Positions 1 to 11,108 of a DNA stretch of 64,000 nt are shown one piece after another. Below the pieces are notes generated by a model. That model was not told the DNA's origin. It saw only the letters and a list, made by a program, of their open reading frames with translations, and did not search any database. This DNA is from Escherichia phage vB_EcoM-RPN226. The position numbers and the translations under genes were made by a program. Numbering within the stretch: the first letter of the stretch is position 1; each line of letters begins with the position of its first letter. The DNA lies in the sequence record OL770073.2, one strand, 5' to 3'.

Positions 1-33
1 AAACGGTATATATAATGGCATCAACTCGATAAC

Positions 34-249
34 ATGAGATTGATTATGAGAACTGAGGTTGTGGTGTTTACACTCCATGAGTCTGGAAAGTCATTCATTG
101 AAATTGCTCGTGAATTGAACTTACAGGCGAAAGAAGTGGCTGTATTATGGGCTCGAGCTATGACTGCTAAGAATAAATTTGAGACTCGAGAAAAAGTTGT
201 CTATAGAAAAAGACATATTAATAAAAAGGTGAAAAATGGAACAGTATGA
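34..249 (+). CDS. hypothetical small protein, possible helix-turn-helix DNA-binding (T4 24.3-like position)
   Basis: 71-aa ORF upstream of rnlB, same strand; IEIARELNLQAKEVAVLWARAM segment resembles an HTH; position matches T4 24.2/24.3 region. Confidence 0.4.
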   Translation: MRLIMRTEVVVFTLHESGKSFIEIARELNLQAKEVAVLWARAMTAKNKFETREKVVYRKRHINKKVKNGTV

Positions 250-514
250 TCTTTATGAAAATGAATCTTTTGCTAATCAATTACGTGAAAAAGCACTTAA
301 AAGTAAACAGTTTAAACTAGAGTGTTTTATTAAAGATTTTTCGGAACTTGCTAATAAAGCAGCTGAACAAGGTAAAACATATTTTAGTTATTATTGTACT
401 GCTCGCGATAAATTGATTACTGAAGAAATTGGTAATTGGCTGAGAAAAGAAGGATTTAGCTTTAAAGTCAATAGTGATCAGCGTGATGGTGATTGGTTAG
501 AAATTACATTTTGA
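236..514 (+). CDS. hypothetical protein (T4 24.2-like position)
   Basis: 92-aa ORF overlapping the previous stop and ending 10 nt before rnlB; no recognisable motif. Confidence 0.4.
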   Translation: MEQYDLYENESFANQLREKALKSKQFKLECFIKDFSELANKAAEQGKTYFSYYCTARDKLITEEIGNWLRKEGFSFKVNSDQRDGDWLEITF

Positions 515-523
515 GGATTAATT

Positions 524-1528
524 ATGTTTAAAAAGTATAGCAGTCTTGAAAATCATTACAACTCTAAATTTATTGAAAAACTTTATAGTTTAGGATTGAC
601 TGGCGGCGAATGGGTAGCTCGTGAAAAGATTCATGGCACAAATTTCTCACTGATTATTGAACGCGATAAAGCAACTTGTGCTAAACGTACTGGACCTATT
701 CTTCCTGCTGAAGATTTCTTTGGGTATGAAATTATTCTAAAGAATTACGCTGACTCCATTAAAGCAGTACAAGATATTATGGAAACTTCAGCAGTTGTAT
801 CTTATCAAGTCTTCGGTGAATTCGCTGGACCTGGCATTCAGAAGAATGTCGATTATGGCGATAAAGATTTTTATGTATTTGACATTATTGTTACTACCGA
901 AAGTGGTGATGTGACTTATGTCGATGATTATATGATGGAATCATTCTGTAATACATTTAAATTTAAAATGGCTCCACTTTTGGGTCGTGGTAAATTTGAA
1001 GAACTTATTAAATTGCCAAATGATTTAGATTCTGTCGTCCAGGATTATAATTTTACAGTAGACCATGCTGGATTAGTTGATGCAAATAAATGCGTTTGGA
1101 ATGCTGAAGCAAAAGGCGAAGTATTTACCGCTGAAGGTTATGTATTGAAACCTTGTTATCCTTCTTGGATGCCTAATGGCAATCGTGTAGCTATTAAATG
1201 CAAGAACTCTAAATTTAGCGAAAAGAAAAAGTCTGATAAGCCTATTAAAGCTAAAGTTGAACTGTCAGAAGCTGATAATAAATTGCTGGTAATTTTAGCT
1301 TGCTACGTTACACTGAACCGAGTAAATAACGTTATTTCTAAAATTGGCGAAATTGGTCCAAAAGATTTTGGAAAGGTGATGGGACTAACTGTTCAAGATA
1401 TTTTGGAAGAAACTTCTCGTGAAGGTATTACTTTAACTCAAGCGGATAATCCTTCCTTGATTAAGAAGGAATTAGTTAAAATGGTACAAGATGTACTTCG
1501 TCCGGCTTGGATTGAATTGGTAAGTTAA
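524..1528 (+). CDS. rnlB: RNA ligase 2 (Rnl2, nick-sealing RNA ligase)
   Basis: 334-aa protein [12 protein letters not shown]...; ligase motif I lysine in EKIHGTN; near-identical to remembered T4 Rnl2 (gene 24.1). Confidence 0.9.
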   Translation: MFKKYSSLENHYNSKFIEKLYSLGLTGGEWVAREKIHGTNFSLIIERDKATCAKRTGPILPAEDFFGYEIILKNYADSIKAVQDIMETSAVVSYQVFGEFAGPGIQKNVDYGDKDFYVFDIIVTTESGDVTYVDDYMMESFCNTFKFKMAPLLGRGKFEELIKLPNDLDSVVQDYNFTVDHAGLVDANKCVWNAEAKGEVFTAEGYVLKPCYPSWMPNGNRVAIKCKNSKFSEKKKSDKPIKAKVELSEADNKLLVILACYVTLNRVNNVISKIGEIGPKDFGKVMGLTVQDILEETSREGITLTQADNPSLIKKELVKMVQDVLRPAWIELVS

Positions 1529-1530
1529 AT

Positions 1531-1560
1531 AAAAAGGGACCTTTCGGTCCCTTTGTTTTA
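1531..1560. terminator. bidirectional rho-independent terminator between rnlB and gene 24
   Basis: hairpin AGGGACC-TTTC-GGTCCCT flanked by T-runs on both strands. Confidence 0.7.
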
Positions 1561-2841
1561 TTCATCAACGATAATTTTTGGTAATTTAACACCTAATAAA
1601 ACAGACAAATCTGAACGACCCGCCATTTTATCCATGTCTCCACCATCAATTATTCTTGCTTCTTTTTCATCTTTTGCTACAGTGTAAGGATTTGCAGATA
1701 AAGCATATCTAACCAATAAACCGATAGATGGTTGTAAGCTTTCTGGATCAACCACAACTTTAAATGCACCTACATGTTCAGGGTCATCTAAGTCGAGACC
1801 TTCTGTATACGGAGCATAGAAAATTGATCCGACAATTTCTTTTTCACCAATATTTTCTACTACGCCAACGATTACATAATCTAATGGGCTGTTAGTATCG
1901 CAATAAAGCGGTAAACCATTAGCTAAGAACCCATAGGCATTTTGTGAAAGATATTTATCATCTTCTGGTTTATGTTTTAACCAACCTGATGCAGCAAGAA
2001 TCGCAGCGGCACGAGCTGAAGCAACACAGAACGTTGCAGTATAAGTTGATTCTTTTTGGATATGCGAAACCATTTCACATACCATTCGGTATAATGAACG
2101 ACCAGCTTCAGGTGCAGATGCATAACTCAAATCGATGAATCCACTATCAGTAATTCCTGTAACTTTATAGCGTTTTGACACTGTAATCAAAGACTGCAGA
2201 ATATCTTTATTGATTTCATCTGCCATTTCAGTTGCAAGCAAATCTTCCAAGAAATTAGGAGCATCGAATCCATTTGCTTCTAAATCTTGCGCTAATTCAA
2301 CTGTGATGCCAGTTTTAAGTTTACGAGATTTAACCGCGGTTTGCCATTTATTAATCTGGAATCTAGCATCCGCAATTTCACTATCAGAGCTTTCAAATTT
2401 GCTTGTTGACGCTGCGTCAGAAAATAGACGAACCTTTAAAAGAACAATTGCAATCTGAAGAGCTAGCTCTAAGTCACTTTCTTGAATATCTGCAAATGGT
2501 GTATCTTCTAACACTTTATAGACGATATTATTATATTTGAATAAATCGCCTTTATTGAGAGTTAATTTAGACTCTTCTGTTAATTCTGTGATTTGTTCTC
2601 GGTCTACGTATCCAGCTTCGCCAGCATAAGTAGCACCAGTTTTAAATGTAAATTCGTTATCTGGGTTAAGGTATTTGATACCGTAAAAAGCAGCAACAGG
2701 TTGATTAGTTCTTTGCGTTGCTACAATGTCAGAATATATTAATTTAGTGGTAGCGCGAGTCAAAGCAACGAGATTTGGGCGACCGATTGAGTTGCTATTC
2801 GTTGTGGTTGATTCGCGCAGAAGTTCGTTGATTTTAGCCAT
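1558..2841 (-). CDS. 24: head vertex protein gp24
   Basis: 427 aa, gp23-like fold paralog, sits next to gene 23 as in T4; late promoter TATAAATA upstream on minus strand. Confidence 0.9.
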   Translation of the reverse strand: MAKINELLRESTTTNSNSIGRPNLVALTRATTKLIYSDIVATQRTNQPVAAFYGIKYLNPDNEFTFKTGATYAGEAGYVDREQITELTEESKLTLNKGDLFKYNNIVYKVLEDTPFADIQESDLELALQIAIVLLKVRLFSDAASTSKFESSDSEIADARFQINKWQTAVKSRKLKTGITVELAQDLEANGFDAPNFLEDLLATEMADEINKDILQSLITVSKRYKVTGITDSGFIDLSYASAPEAGRSLYRMVCEMVSHIQKESTYTATFCVASARAAAILAASGWLKHKPEDDKYLSQNAYGFLANGLPLYCDTNSPLDYVIVGVVENIGEKEIVGSIFYAPYTEGLDLDDPEHVGAFKVVVDPESLQPSIGLLVRYALSANPYTVAKDEKEARIIDGGDMDKMAGRSDLSVLLGVKLPKIIVDE

Positions 2842-2868
2842 TGCGCTTTCCTTTTGGTTTATATGATT

Positions 2869-2876
2869 TATTTATA
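2869..2876 (-). promoter_or_regulatory. late promoter (TATAAATA) for gene 24
   Basis: TATTTATA on plus strand 28 nt upstream of gene 24 start; second copy at 2899-2906. Confidence 0.6.
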
Positions 2877-2915
2877 CTTTTCACGTGATGTGATAAAATA
2901 TTTATAGGAGGATTT

Positions 2916-4427
2916 ATGTCTATTGATATTTATAAAGATAAAAATGGCAAGCTGAACAAGAACTGGAAAATGATACACGCTAAACACCCTGAAATCATTG
3001 ATAGTATTGAGTTGCCATATGATGACCCTAAAACAAAAATCGTTTTAGCGATAAACGGAATGACAGAACTTAGCCGCTGTAAAAACTGTGGTGTTGAGAT
3101 GGATATCTCGAAGCTTGGCTCAGATTATTGCTCTAGAAAGTGTTCAGCTAACTCATCTGAAGTTAAGAGGAAAAAGCTTGATAGCATTAATCTTGAAGAA
3201 CGCGGCAAAAAAATTTCTGAATCTCTTAAAGGTAAATCCACTGCAAAATCTTGGAATACTCGTAAGAAAAAGTATGGTGAAAAAGGATTTAGCCAAACTG
3301 GGATAGAAGCTATCAAAAATAACGGAGTTAATTCTAGCGAAAAACGAATTAATACAATGATTACCCGTTATGGAGTTAAAAACCCGTTTCAACTGGAAAG
3401 CGTGATTGAAACTATATCCAAGGTTCAAACAGAGAATAACACCGCACGAAACCATTTACCCGGTTGGCTGTATGATAAGAATAAATTTAAACAAGTTTAT
3501 TCTAAATCTGGAATTAGAGGAATAATCAAAAAATCTGGCTGCGGTGCAAATTTAGCATATGTTTTATCACGTGAATATCAGCTCCGAGATATGAAAACTA
3601 CTTCGGCCGAAACAGAGATTCTGAGTTTTATTAATGAACTCGGGTTTGAAGCAGAGAAGACGCGCCAAGTGATAGCACCTTTTGAGCTGGATATCTATGT
3701 CCCAGAGAAGAAGCTTGCTATTGAGTTCAACGGTCTTTACTGGCACAGTTCAGGCTCAAAGGAACAGGACATTATTAAGAATAACCATCTCAAAAAGACT
3801 GAGATGTGTGAAGCACAAGGAATTCATCTGCTGCATATCTTCGAGAATGAATGGGTAGATGATACTAAACGCGAGATATGGAAATCGGTTATTAGAAATA
3901 AACTTGGTAAATCTGAACGCATCTATGCGCGTAAATGTAAGGTACATCCGGTTGATTCTAGAGCTGCTAAAGAGTTTTGTGAGTATAACCATTTACAGGG
4001 TCATGTCCCATTCCAGAATGCCCTGGGTTTATTCTATAACGATGAATTAGTACAGTTGGTCACATTTGGCAGAGGCCGCTATCAAGGTAAAACCGAATTA
4101 CTTCGTATGTGCACAAAACGTGGATACAGCGTAGTAGGTGGTGCTTCAAAACTTCTCAAGGATAAGAAATTTATTTCTTATGCTAACCGTAGATGGTCTA
4201 TGGGTAATGTGTATCAACAGATCGGTATGAAACAGATTGGTGTTACTCCGCCGTGTGACTATTATTTTGATAAAGGCCGTCTGTATCACAGGTCAAGTTA
4301 TATGAAACACTTATTAAAAGACAAGCTCAAAGTTTTTGATGAAAATCTTAGCGCGATAGAAAACTGTTATAACAACAAAATAAGAAGAATTTGGGATTGT
4401 GGTAATATAGTTTATGAATCCCAATAA
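2916..4427 (+). CDS. putative homing-endonuclease-like protein with Vsr/PD-(D/E)xK-type nuclease core and N-terminal Cys cluster
   Basis: 503-aa ORF antisense to the late cluster between genes 23 and 24; strong RBS taggagga; CKNCG...CSRKC zinc-finger-like cluster; FELDIYVPEKKLAIEFNGLYWHS resembles Vsr/DUF559 motif; no GIY-YIG motif. Confidence 0.55.
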   Translation: MSIDIYKDKNGKLNKNWKMIHAKHPEIIDSIELPYDDPKTKIVLAINGMTELSRCKNCGVEMDISKLGSDYCSRKCSANSSEVKRKKLDSINLEERGKKISESLKGKSTAKSWNTRKKKYGEKGFSQTGIEAIKNNGVNSSEKRINTMITRYGVKNPFQLESVIETISKVQTENNTARNHLPGWLYDKNKFKQVYSKSGIRGIIKKSGCGANLAYVLSREYQLRDMKTTSAETEILSFINELGFEAEKTRQVIAPFELDIYVPEKKLAIEFNGLYWHSSGSKEQDIIKNNHLKKTEMCEAQGIHLLHIFENEWVDDTKREIWKSVIRNKLGKSERIYARKCKVHPVDSRAAKEFCEYNHLQGHVPFQNALGLFYNDELVQLVTFGRGRYQGKTELLRMCTKRGYSVVGGASKLLKDKKFISYANRRWSMGNVYQQIGMKQIGVTPPCDYYFDKGRLYHRSSYMKHLLKDKLKVFDENLSAIENCYNNKIRRIWDCGNIVYESQ

Positions 4428-4435
4428 ACGAAAAA

Positions 4436-4467
4436 AAGGGAACCCGAAGGTTCCCTTTTTATTTTCT
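4436..4467. terminator. bidirectional terminator between 503-aa gene and gene 23
   Basis: hairpin GGGAACC-CGAA-GGTTCCC with A-run before and T-run after. Confidence 0.7.
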
Positions 4468-4477
4468 AAATTAAATC

Positions 4478-6043
4478 TTAGATACCTTTCACGTATACAC
4501 GGCGGAAGTAAGCATTTTTACCAAGGCTATTCAGAATAGAAGGCATACCGCTCTGGATGCGAGAAGCCGGAGCCTGAGCAGCGGATTCTGCAAATGGGTT
4601 GATACCGATACCGTAACGAGTTTTGAAACCCATAACAGGCTGGAAATTTTTCGGATCAGAACCACGCAGCGGAGTCAGAGCTACATATGGAGCATAGTAA
4701 ATACCAGCATCCATTTCGTTCGGACCTTTATAACCTACAGTGAAATAATCCTGTTTAGCATACTGGTCGATATATACACGGTATTTACCACCCAGAACAC
4801 CAGCAAATACTGACTTGGTAGTATCAGTGTTAAAGCCGGTAGCCAGACCCTGTGCAGCATAAGAAATGCCAGTATCAACTGAAGCCAGAACGTTAACTAC
4901 GTTACGGGAAGCGATAATGAAGTTACCTTCACCACGACCGGTCTGACGAGCAATTTCAACTGCTTCTTTGTCAATCTGGAACAACAGAGCTTTAAAGGAT
5001 TCACCCGCCCAGCGAGCACCACGAATATCAATCGGATCCTGGAAGTCAAATACACCAGCTTTAGAACCCGGAGTCAGGGTCATACCAGATTTACCAACCT
5101 GAGCTGAGTAGTTAATCCAATCAACAACTTCACGGTTGATTTCCAGCATGATTTCGGTAGCCAGAATACCAGACAGTTCAGCATCAGCATCCATACCGTG
5201 AACAGCGCGGAGGTCTTGTGCTAATTCGATAGAGTAAGCAGCTTTCAGCTGACGAGATTTAGCTTCGATAACTTGTTTATCGATACGGAAGCCCATTTCA
5301 TTCCATGGGTTATCGGTAGAACCGTTGAAACTTTCCTGGAGTTCAGCGATAGAAGTAGCCATACCTTCAGCGATTTCTACCAGTGCACCAGCTTCCATTT
5401 GTTTCTTAATTTCAGCATCTAATTTAGCTGCGTCAGTTGCACTTGAACTAATTGTTACTTGAGCAGAAGCTTGCAGATACACAGTACCAGTGTCCTGGAA
5501 GAAGTGAGTATAGATATCACCTGCTGTGGTTTGTGTGCTAGCAGCCAGAGCTGCGAATTTCTTAGCAGCACCCTGACCAGAGAACATTGCATCTGGACCA
5601 TACATTGGGTGGAATGCTTCTTTAGCACCAGAAGCGACCGGGTCTTTACCATATACTGCGCGCAGTGCGAATACCTGGCCAGTCGGGCTGTTCATCGGCT
5701 GAACACCGCAAATATCGAAAGCAATCAGGTTAGGAATAGCACGACGTACCATACCCATAACAGCTGGGCCAATCTGAGTTACTGCGCCAGAAGTCTGACC
5801 TGCAGCGATGTTGGTAGCATTGTAACCGTGGTCACCGCCGATTTCAGCTTCTGTTAAGAAAGAACCAAATGCCTGAGCAATTTTTTCGTCTTTGTACTCT
5901 GGAGCTGTCTGGAAATCTTTTTCCTGGTTTTCAAAGATTTTAGCGATAATCGCTTGTTTGCTATTAGCAATTTCCGGTAAACCTTCACCTTCCAGTAATG
6001 GCTTCCATTTGTTCAAAAGTTCAGCTTTAGTTTTGATAGTCAT
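4478..6043 (-). CDS. 23: major capsid protein gp23
   Basis: 521 aa, MTIKTKAELLNKWKPLLEGEG... matches remembered T4 gp23 almost residue for residue. Confidence 0.95.
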   Translation of the reverse strand: MTIKTKAELLNKWKPLLEGEGLPEIANSKQAIIAKIFENQEKDFQTAPEYKDEKIAQAFGSFLTEAEIGGDHGYNATNIAAGQTSGAVTQIGPAVMGMVRRAIPNLIAFDICGVQPMNSPTGQVFALRAVYGKDPVASGAKEAFHPMYGPDAMFSGQGAAKKFAALAASTQTTAGDIYTHFFQDTGTVYLQASAQVTISSSATDAAKLDAEIKKQMEAGALVEIAEGMATSIAELQESFNGSTDNPWNEMGFRIDKQVIEAKSRQLKAAYSIELAQDLRAVHGMDADAELSGILATEIMLEINREVVDWINYSAQVGKSGMTLTPGSKAGVFDFQDPIDIRGARWAGESFKALLFQIDKEAVEIARQTGRGEGNFIIASRNVVNVLASVDTGISYAAQGLATGFNTDTTKSVFAGVLGGKYRVYIDQYAKQDYFTVGYKGPNEMDAGIYYAPYVALTPLRGSDPKNFQPVMGFKTRYGIGINPFAESAAQAPASRIQSGMPSILNSLGKNAYFRRVYVKGI

Positions 6044-6061
6044 TTGTGTTAACCTTTAAAA

Positions 6062-6871
6062 TTAGAAACGAGATGCGACTTTCGCATATACACTTACAAT
6101 ATCTTCTGCACCAGGTGCAGCTTTATCTTCTACAGCTTCAGTGACGAAATTCAGTCCGGCTGCTTCAGTATCAGGAGTATTTATACCCTCAGTAATAGTG
6201 CTTTCATCTTTATTAGACTTCTTCACCATTTCTACGATGGCACTCAATTTATTTGAGAATTCATCTGAATAATCCATACCTTCGACCAGAGCAGAGACTT
6301 TTTCTTTTTGAGACTCAGTCAGATCTTTAGTACTTTCGCTCAATGCCACTTCACGCTGCACATAATTGATATATGCGTCACGCTTATTGAGTTCTTCGAA
6401 CAGACGAGCTGATTCTTCTTTATGTTCTTGCAGCTCTTCTTCCATTTCAGCCACAACATCAACTGATTCTTCTGGAACAACAACGTTGTGTTCAACAAAG
6501 AGCTCTTTTAATCCACCAAGCATGGATTCAAACAGTTCGGCTTTGATGCCTTTATCAACTGCTAATTTATTTTCAGCGAGCCATTCTTTCGCAAGATGGT
6601 CAATGAATTTAGAAGCTTGCTCAGCGATTTTCTTCTCAGCTTTTTCTTCGGCTTCTTCTTTATTTTTTTCTACTTCTTCTTCTGCTTTTTCAGCAATTTT
6701 AGCGATATGAGATTCAGCTAATTTAACGGCGTGCTGCTTGACGGTAGCTTCGAATACAGTGCCGAAAGTTTCTTTTGCTTCCGGAGAAATATTAACTGAT
6801 TCGAAAATACTATCAAGAGCAACGGAAGCATCAATTTTTTGCGCTTCAGCAATCAGTTGTTCTTTAAGCAT
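6062..6871 (-). CDS. 22: prohead scaffolding core protein gp22
   Basis: 269 aa, highly acidic and coiled-coil rich, position between 21 and 23. Confidence 0.85.
   Translation of the reverse strand: MLKEQLIAEAQKIDASVALDSIFESVNISPEAKETFGTVFEATVKQHAVKLAESHIAKIAEKAEEEVEKNKEEAEEKAEKKIAEQASKFIDHLAKEWLAENKLAVDKGIKAELFESMLGGLKELFVEHNVVVPEESVDVVAEMEEELQEHKEESARLFEELNKRDAYINYVQREVALSESTKDLTESQKEKVSALVEGMDYSDEFSNKLSAIVEMVKKSNKDESTITEGINTPDTEAAGLNFVTEAVEDKAAPGAEDIVSVYAKVASRF
6178..6185 (-). promoter_or_regulatory. late promoter (TATAAATA) for gene 23, inside gene 22
   Basis: TATTTATA on plus strand about 135 nt upstream of gene 23 ATG. Confidence 0.55.
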
Positions 6872-6898
6872 TTTGTAGTCCTGTTGTTTAGATAATAA

Positions 6899-6906
6899 TA
6901 TTTATA
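6899..6906 (-). promoter_or_regulatory. late promoter (TATAAATA) for gene 22
   Basis: TATTTATA on plus strand 28 nt upstream of gene 22 start. Confidence 0.55.
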
Positions 6907-7540
6907 ACGCTTTTTTCATGGCCTCTGCAAGAGCCATATAGGCGTCATCGGCACTTGTATCGGCTTCCGCCGTCTGTGATTCGGTAATTTCCTTAGGAGT
7001 TACCCATGCATCTGGAGCACTTGGACCCCATACTGCATCAACACCTACAGTTAATTTGAATCCTTCGTTTACGATACGATAACCTTTATTTGTGTCAGTC
7101 AATGAACCTAATCCACGAGAAGAAACTCCTGGAATCCATCCGGCACGAATATTAGCTGCTAATTTATCTCCAGGACCGTGGTCACCTTCAATAACACGAG
7201 CTCGTCCGTATACGTCATTTCCTTTCCACCACATATCTTCTATAATGATAGCGGCTTGCATCGGGTCAACATTAGCGCGTGGAGGATGATTTAATTCTCC
7301 GAGAGCTTGTTTAGTTAAAACTTGCTCATTAATATAGTCTTTTACCGCTTTTTCTAATATGCGTTTTGGATAAAGACGTTTATTTCTATTGACGACTTCT
7401 GCTTGCATGAATATTCCTTCGATGTATAAACCCGGTTTTAAACCTAAGTCTTTTCCATCGTGGGATTCAAGCATTGGCACACCATCAATAATTTCGCCAG
7501 GTTGACCCCAAGTTTCAATTAGTAATTGGGGTTCATTCAT
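6902..7540 (-). CDS. 21: prohead core protease gp21
   Basis: 212 aa, position and length match T4 gp21. Confidence 0.85.
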   Translation of the reverse strand: MNEPQLLIETWGQPGEIIDGVPMLESHDGKDLGLKPGLYIEGIFMQAEVVNRNKRLYPKRILEKAVKDYINEQVLTKQALGELNHPPRANVDPMQAAIIIEDMWWKGNDVYGRARVIEGDHGPGDKLAANIRAGWIPGVSSRGLGSLTDTNKGYRIVNEGFKLTVGVDAVWGPSAPDAWVTPKEITESQTAEADTSADDAYMALAEAMKKAL

Positions 7541-7965
7541 TAGCTTAATCCTAATGCTTTACGGCGTTTAAGAGCTTTTTTACGCTTACGCTGAGCACGA
7601 GATTGACCTGCTGGATTGGCAATCTTCGTTTTGGTAGCTTTGCGAGCAATTTGTCTACGTTTTGCTTTAGACAGCCCAGTGGTTTGAAATGCATTGCGTT
7701 CGCGTGTTTTGCGATCTTTAGTACGTGTAATTTCACCACGAGCTGAAACGTGCTTAACAATGAATTCATTTAACGGCATGTTTTCATTAATAGAAGCTAA
7801 TGCAACTGCTAAATCAGTTTCATCATCAAGCATATTCTCGACAATTGTATTTATATCGTCTTTATTTAAAGCAGAAGACAATTCGTCAAAGCGACCCTGT
7901 GCTTCAGGAATAAGTGCTTCGACATTCTCGAGAACTAATTCATGAGTTTCAGGGATCAGAAGCAT
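7540..7965 (-). CDS. 68: prohead core protein gp68
   Basis: 141 aa, basic C-terminus, overlapping start/stop with neighbours as in T4. Confidence 0.75.
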
Positions 7966-8206
7966 TATTCATCATCCTCGTCTTCGTCATCTTCGTCAGA
8001 GTCTTTGTCTTTTTTGTCGTCTTTATCATCACCATCTTCGTCATCATCCTCGTCTTCAGGTTCTTCACCTTCGATTAAGAAATTACGAGCGATAGCGATT
8101 TTTTCTTCTTTAATTAAATCAATCGTTCTTGCAGCCATGGCTTCAGCAAATAATTTACGAGCGGCTACGAGGTCGTTTGATTTAATAGCTTCAATTAAAC
8201 CTTCCA

Positions 8207-8207
<1 letters not shown>
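7965..8207 (-). CDS. 67: prohead core protein gp67
   Basis: 80 aa with poly-acidic D/E-rich C-terminal tail, position between 20 and 68. Confidence 0.75.
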
Positions 8208-9832
<1,625 letters not shown>

Positions 9833-9864
9833 TTAAGCAGGATGGGGATTTCTCCCCATTCATT

Positions 9865-10356
9865 TTATTCCCAATAATCGAGAGCGAGAGTTACTTCAAA
9901 GGTTTGGATTTCATTGTTTGAATCCCAATCTAATTGAAGTTCACCCACGTTAGTAGGCCACAGACCTTTAATTTCGACTTCTTTTGTTACAGTTTTAGCG
10001 TCACGAGCATATTGGCGAACAACAGCGCTCTTTTTATACTCTGCTGGTTTTCCACCAGTAATTTCGTTCCCTTGCCCAGCAGCAATGCTTTGCCAATCAA
10101 CAAACTTCTGGCGAGCATCATGTGCCTCATCGTTCATTACTGTAACAGTCCAGTCATCGAATGTACGATCGCCTGCTACGTTAATTTTACGGTTCATGAA
10201 TCCGACTGGAATTTTTTCTACAATACCAGCTGGTAAAGCAGTGGCTTTACATTGAAACGTAAAATTTTGTCCAAGATAAGAAATTTCTACTTGGAATAAG
10301 TTAGGTCGAGCAAAATCACCAGATTCAAACGCTCGTGTTACATCATCTACAAACAT
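9865..10356 (-). CDS. 19: tail tube protein gp19
   Basis: 163 aa, length and position match T4 gp19; two TATAAATA late promoters upstream. Confidence 0.9.
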   Translation of the reverse strand: MFVDDVTRAFESGDFARPNLFQVEISYLGQNFTFQCKATALPAGIVEKIPVGFMNRKINVAGDRTFDDWTVTVMNDEAHDARQKFVDWQSIAAGQGNEITGGKPAEYKKSAVVRQYARDAKTVTKEVEIKGLWPTNVGELQLDWDSNNEIQTFEVTLALDYWE

Positions 10357-10370
10357 ATTAGCCTCTGTAG

Positions 10371-10378
10371 TATTTATA
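10371..10378 (-). promoter_or_regulatory. late promoter (TATAAATA) for gene 19
   Basis: TATTTATA 15 nt upstream of gene 19 start. Confidence 0.6.
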
Positions 10379-10429
10379 TCCCTATGTTTAACCTAGGGCA
10401 TATAGAATTAAAGAATTAAGGATATAGTG

Positions 10430-10437
10430 TATTTATA
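10430..10437 (-). promoter_or_regulatory. second late promoter (TATAAATA) upstream of gene 19
   Basis: TATTTATA immediately downstream (minus sense) of hairpin 10439-10456. Confidence 0.5.
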
Positions 10438-10438
10438 T

Positions 10439-10456
10439 GGCCTGCCGAAACAGGCC
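10439..10456 (-). terminator. hairpin after HNH gene, before gene 19 late promoters
   Basis: GGCCTG-CCGAAA-CAGGCC stem-loop; no strong U-run. Confidence 0.4.
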
Positions 10457-10463
10457 TTTAGAA

Positions 10464-11069
10464 TCATTCTAGTAAATCCCAAAGATCTACGCTATTTCTT
10501 TTTGACTTTTCTCGGTTAGATTCCCAAGTGATTATTTCTAAATTTTTTACGCTTGCTATAATTTCCGGCGGAATTAAATTATCAAATCCATATTTGATAG
10601 ATACCTTGTGATCAAGTTGGTAAGCACCTTCTACGCCGCACAATCCTATTTTATCAGCATTCGGCCATTTTGACCAAATTTTTCTTATTTTAGCTGACTT
10701 AGTTATAGAATGAACTCTACTAGCATATAATGCAAACTCTTTTCTTTTACCAGTCCATCGAGGATGTTTATCGCCTCTTTGCCATGGTCTGCTTATTCCA
10801 GATTGAACTTCCGAATTTTTAATAGCAACTTGTTTAATGCTACATTTTCTACATGCATGTGTGGGTGTTCTATTTAAAAGCTGAATGCTTCTACTAAATT
10901 TAATACCACACAAATCACATTTAGCGTCAACTATTTTATTACTATTCTTTGGCATTAATTCTATTGGAACAGATATTGTATCATGATATGATACTTTATA
11001 TCCCAGAATTGTCGACCACATTTTTGAATGATTTCTTGGTTTTATTGTAACAAACTTAGAAATAATCAC
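10464..11069 (-). CDS. HNH homing endonuclease (mob-like) inserted between genes 18 and 19
   Basis: HNH motif YQLDHKVSIKYGFDNL...NLEIITWESNREK; Cys pairs CDLCG/CRKC; longest ORF starts at 11108 inside the gene-18 terminator hairpin, so a GTG at 11067-11069 after GAGG is the more plausible start (start uncertain). Confidence 0.7.
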   Translation of the reverse strand: MIISKFVTIKPRNHSKMWSTILGYKVSYHDTISVPIELMPKNSNKIVDAKCDLCGIKFSRSIQLLNRTPTHACRKCSIKQVAIKNSEVQSGISRPWQRGDKHPRWTGKRKEFALYASRVHSITKSAKIRKIWSKWPNADKIGLCGVEGAYQLDHKVSIKYGFDNLIPPEIIASVKNLEIITWESNREKSKRNSVDLWDLLE

Positions 11070-11086
11070 TTGTTTCCTCGAGAATA

Positions 11087-11100
11087 GGGGCCGAAGCCCC
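11087..11100 (-). terminator. hairpin immediately after gene 18 stop
   Basis: minus-sense GGGGC-TTCG-GCCCC stem with UUCG tetraloop. Confidence 0.5.
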
Positions 11101-11108
11101 ACAATCAA

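Noticed and set aside
3088-3455. Three overlapping small ORFs on both strands inside the 503-aa gene
   Set aside because: Fully contained in a longer ORF with strong RBS and protein-like motifs; no independent signals
2916-4427. Calling the 23/24 insert SegD (GIY-YIG)
   Set aside because: No GIY-YIG motif is present and the protein is far longer; it looks like a different nuclease class
5459-5857. 132-aa plus-strand ORF inside major capsid gene
   Set aside because: Antisense to gp23, no RBS, Cys/Ser-rich nonsense composition; artefact of a long highly expressed gene
6366-6710. 114-aa plus-strand ORF inside gene 22
   Set aside because: Antisense shadow of the acidic repetitive scaffold gene; low-complexity Ser-rich translation
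10464-11108. Using the longest ORF (start 11108) for the HNH gene
   Set aside because: That start lies inside the gene-18 terminator hairpin with no SD; an internal GTG after GAGG is more plausible, though unverified
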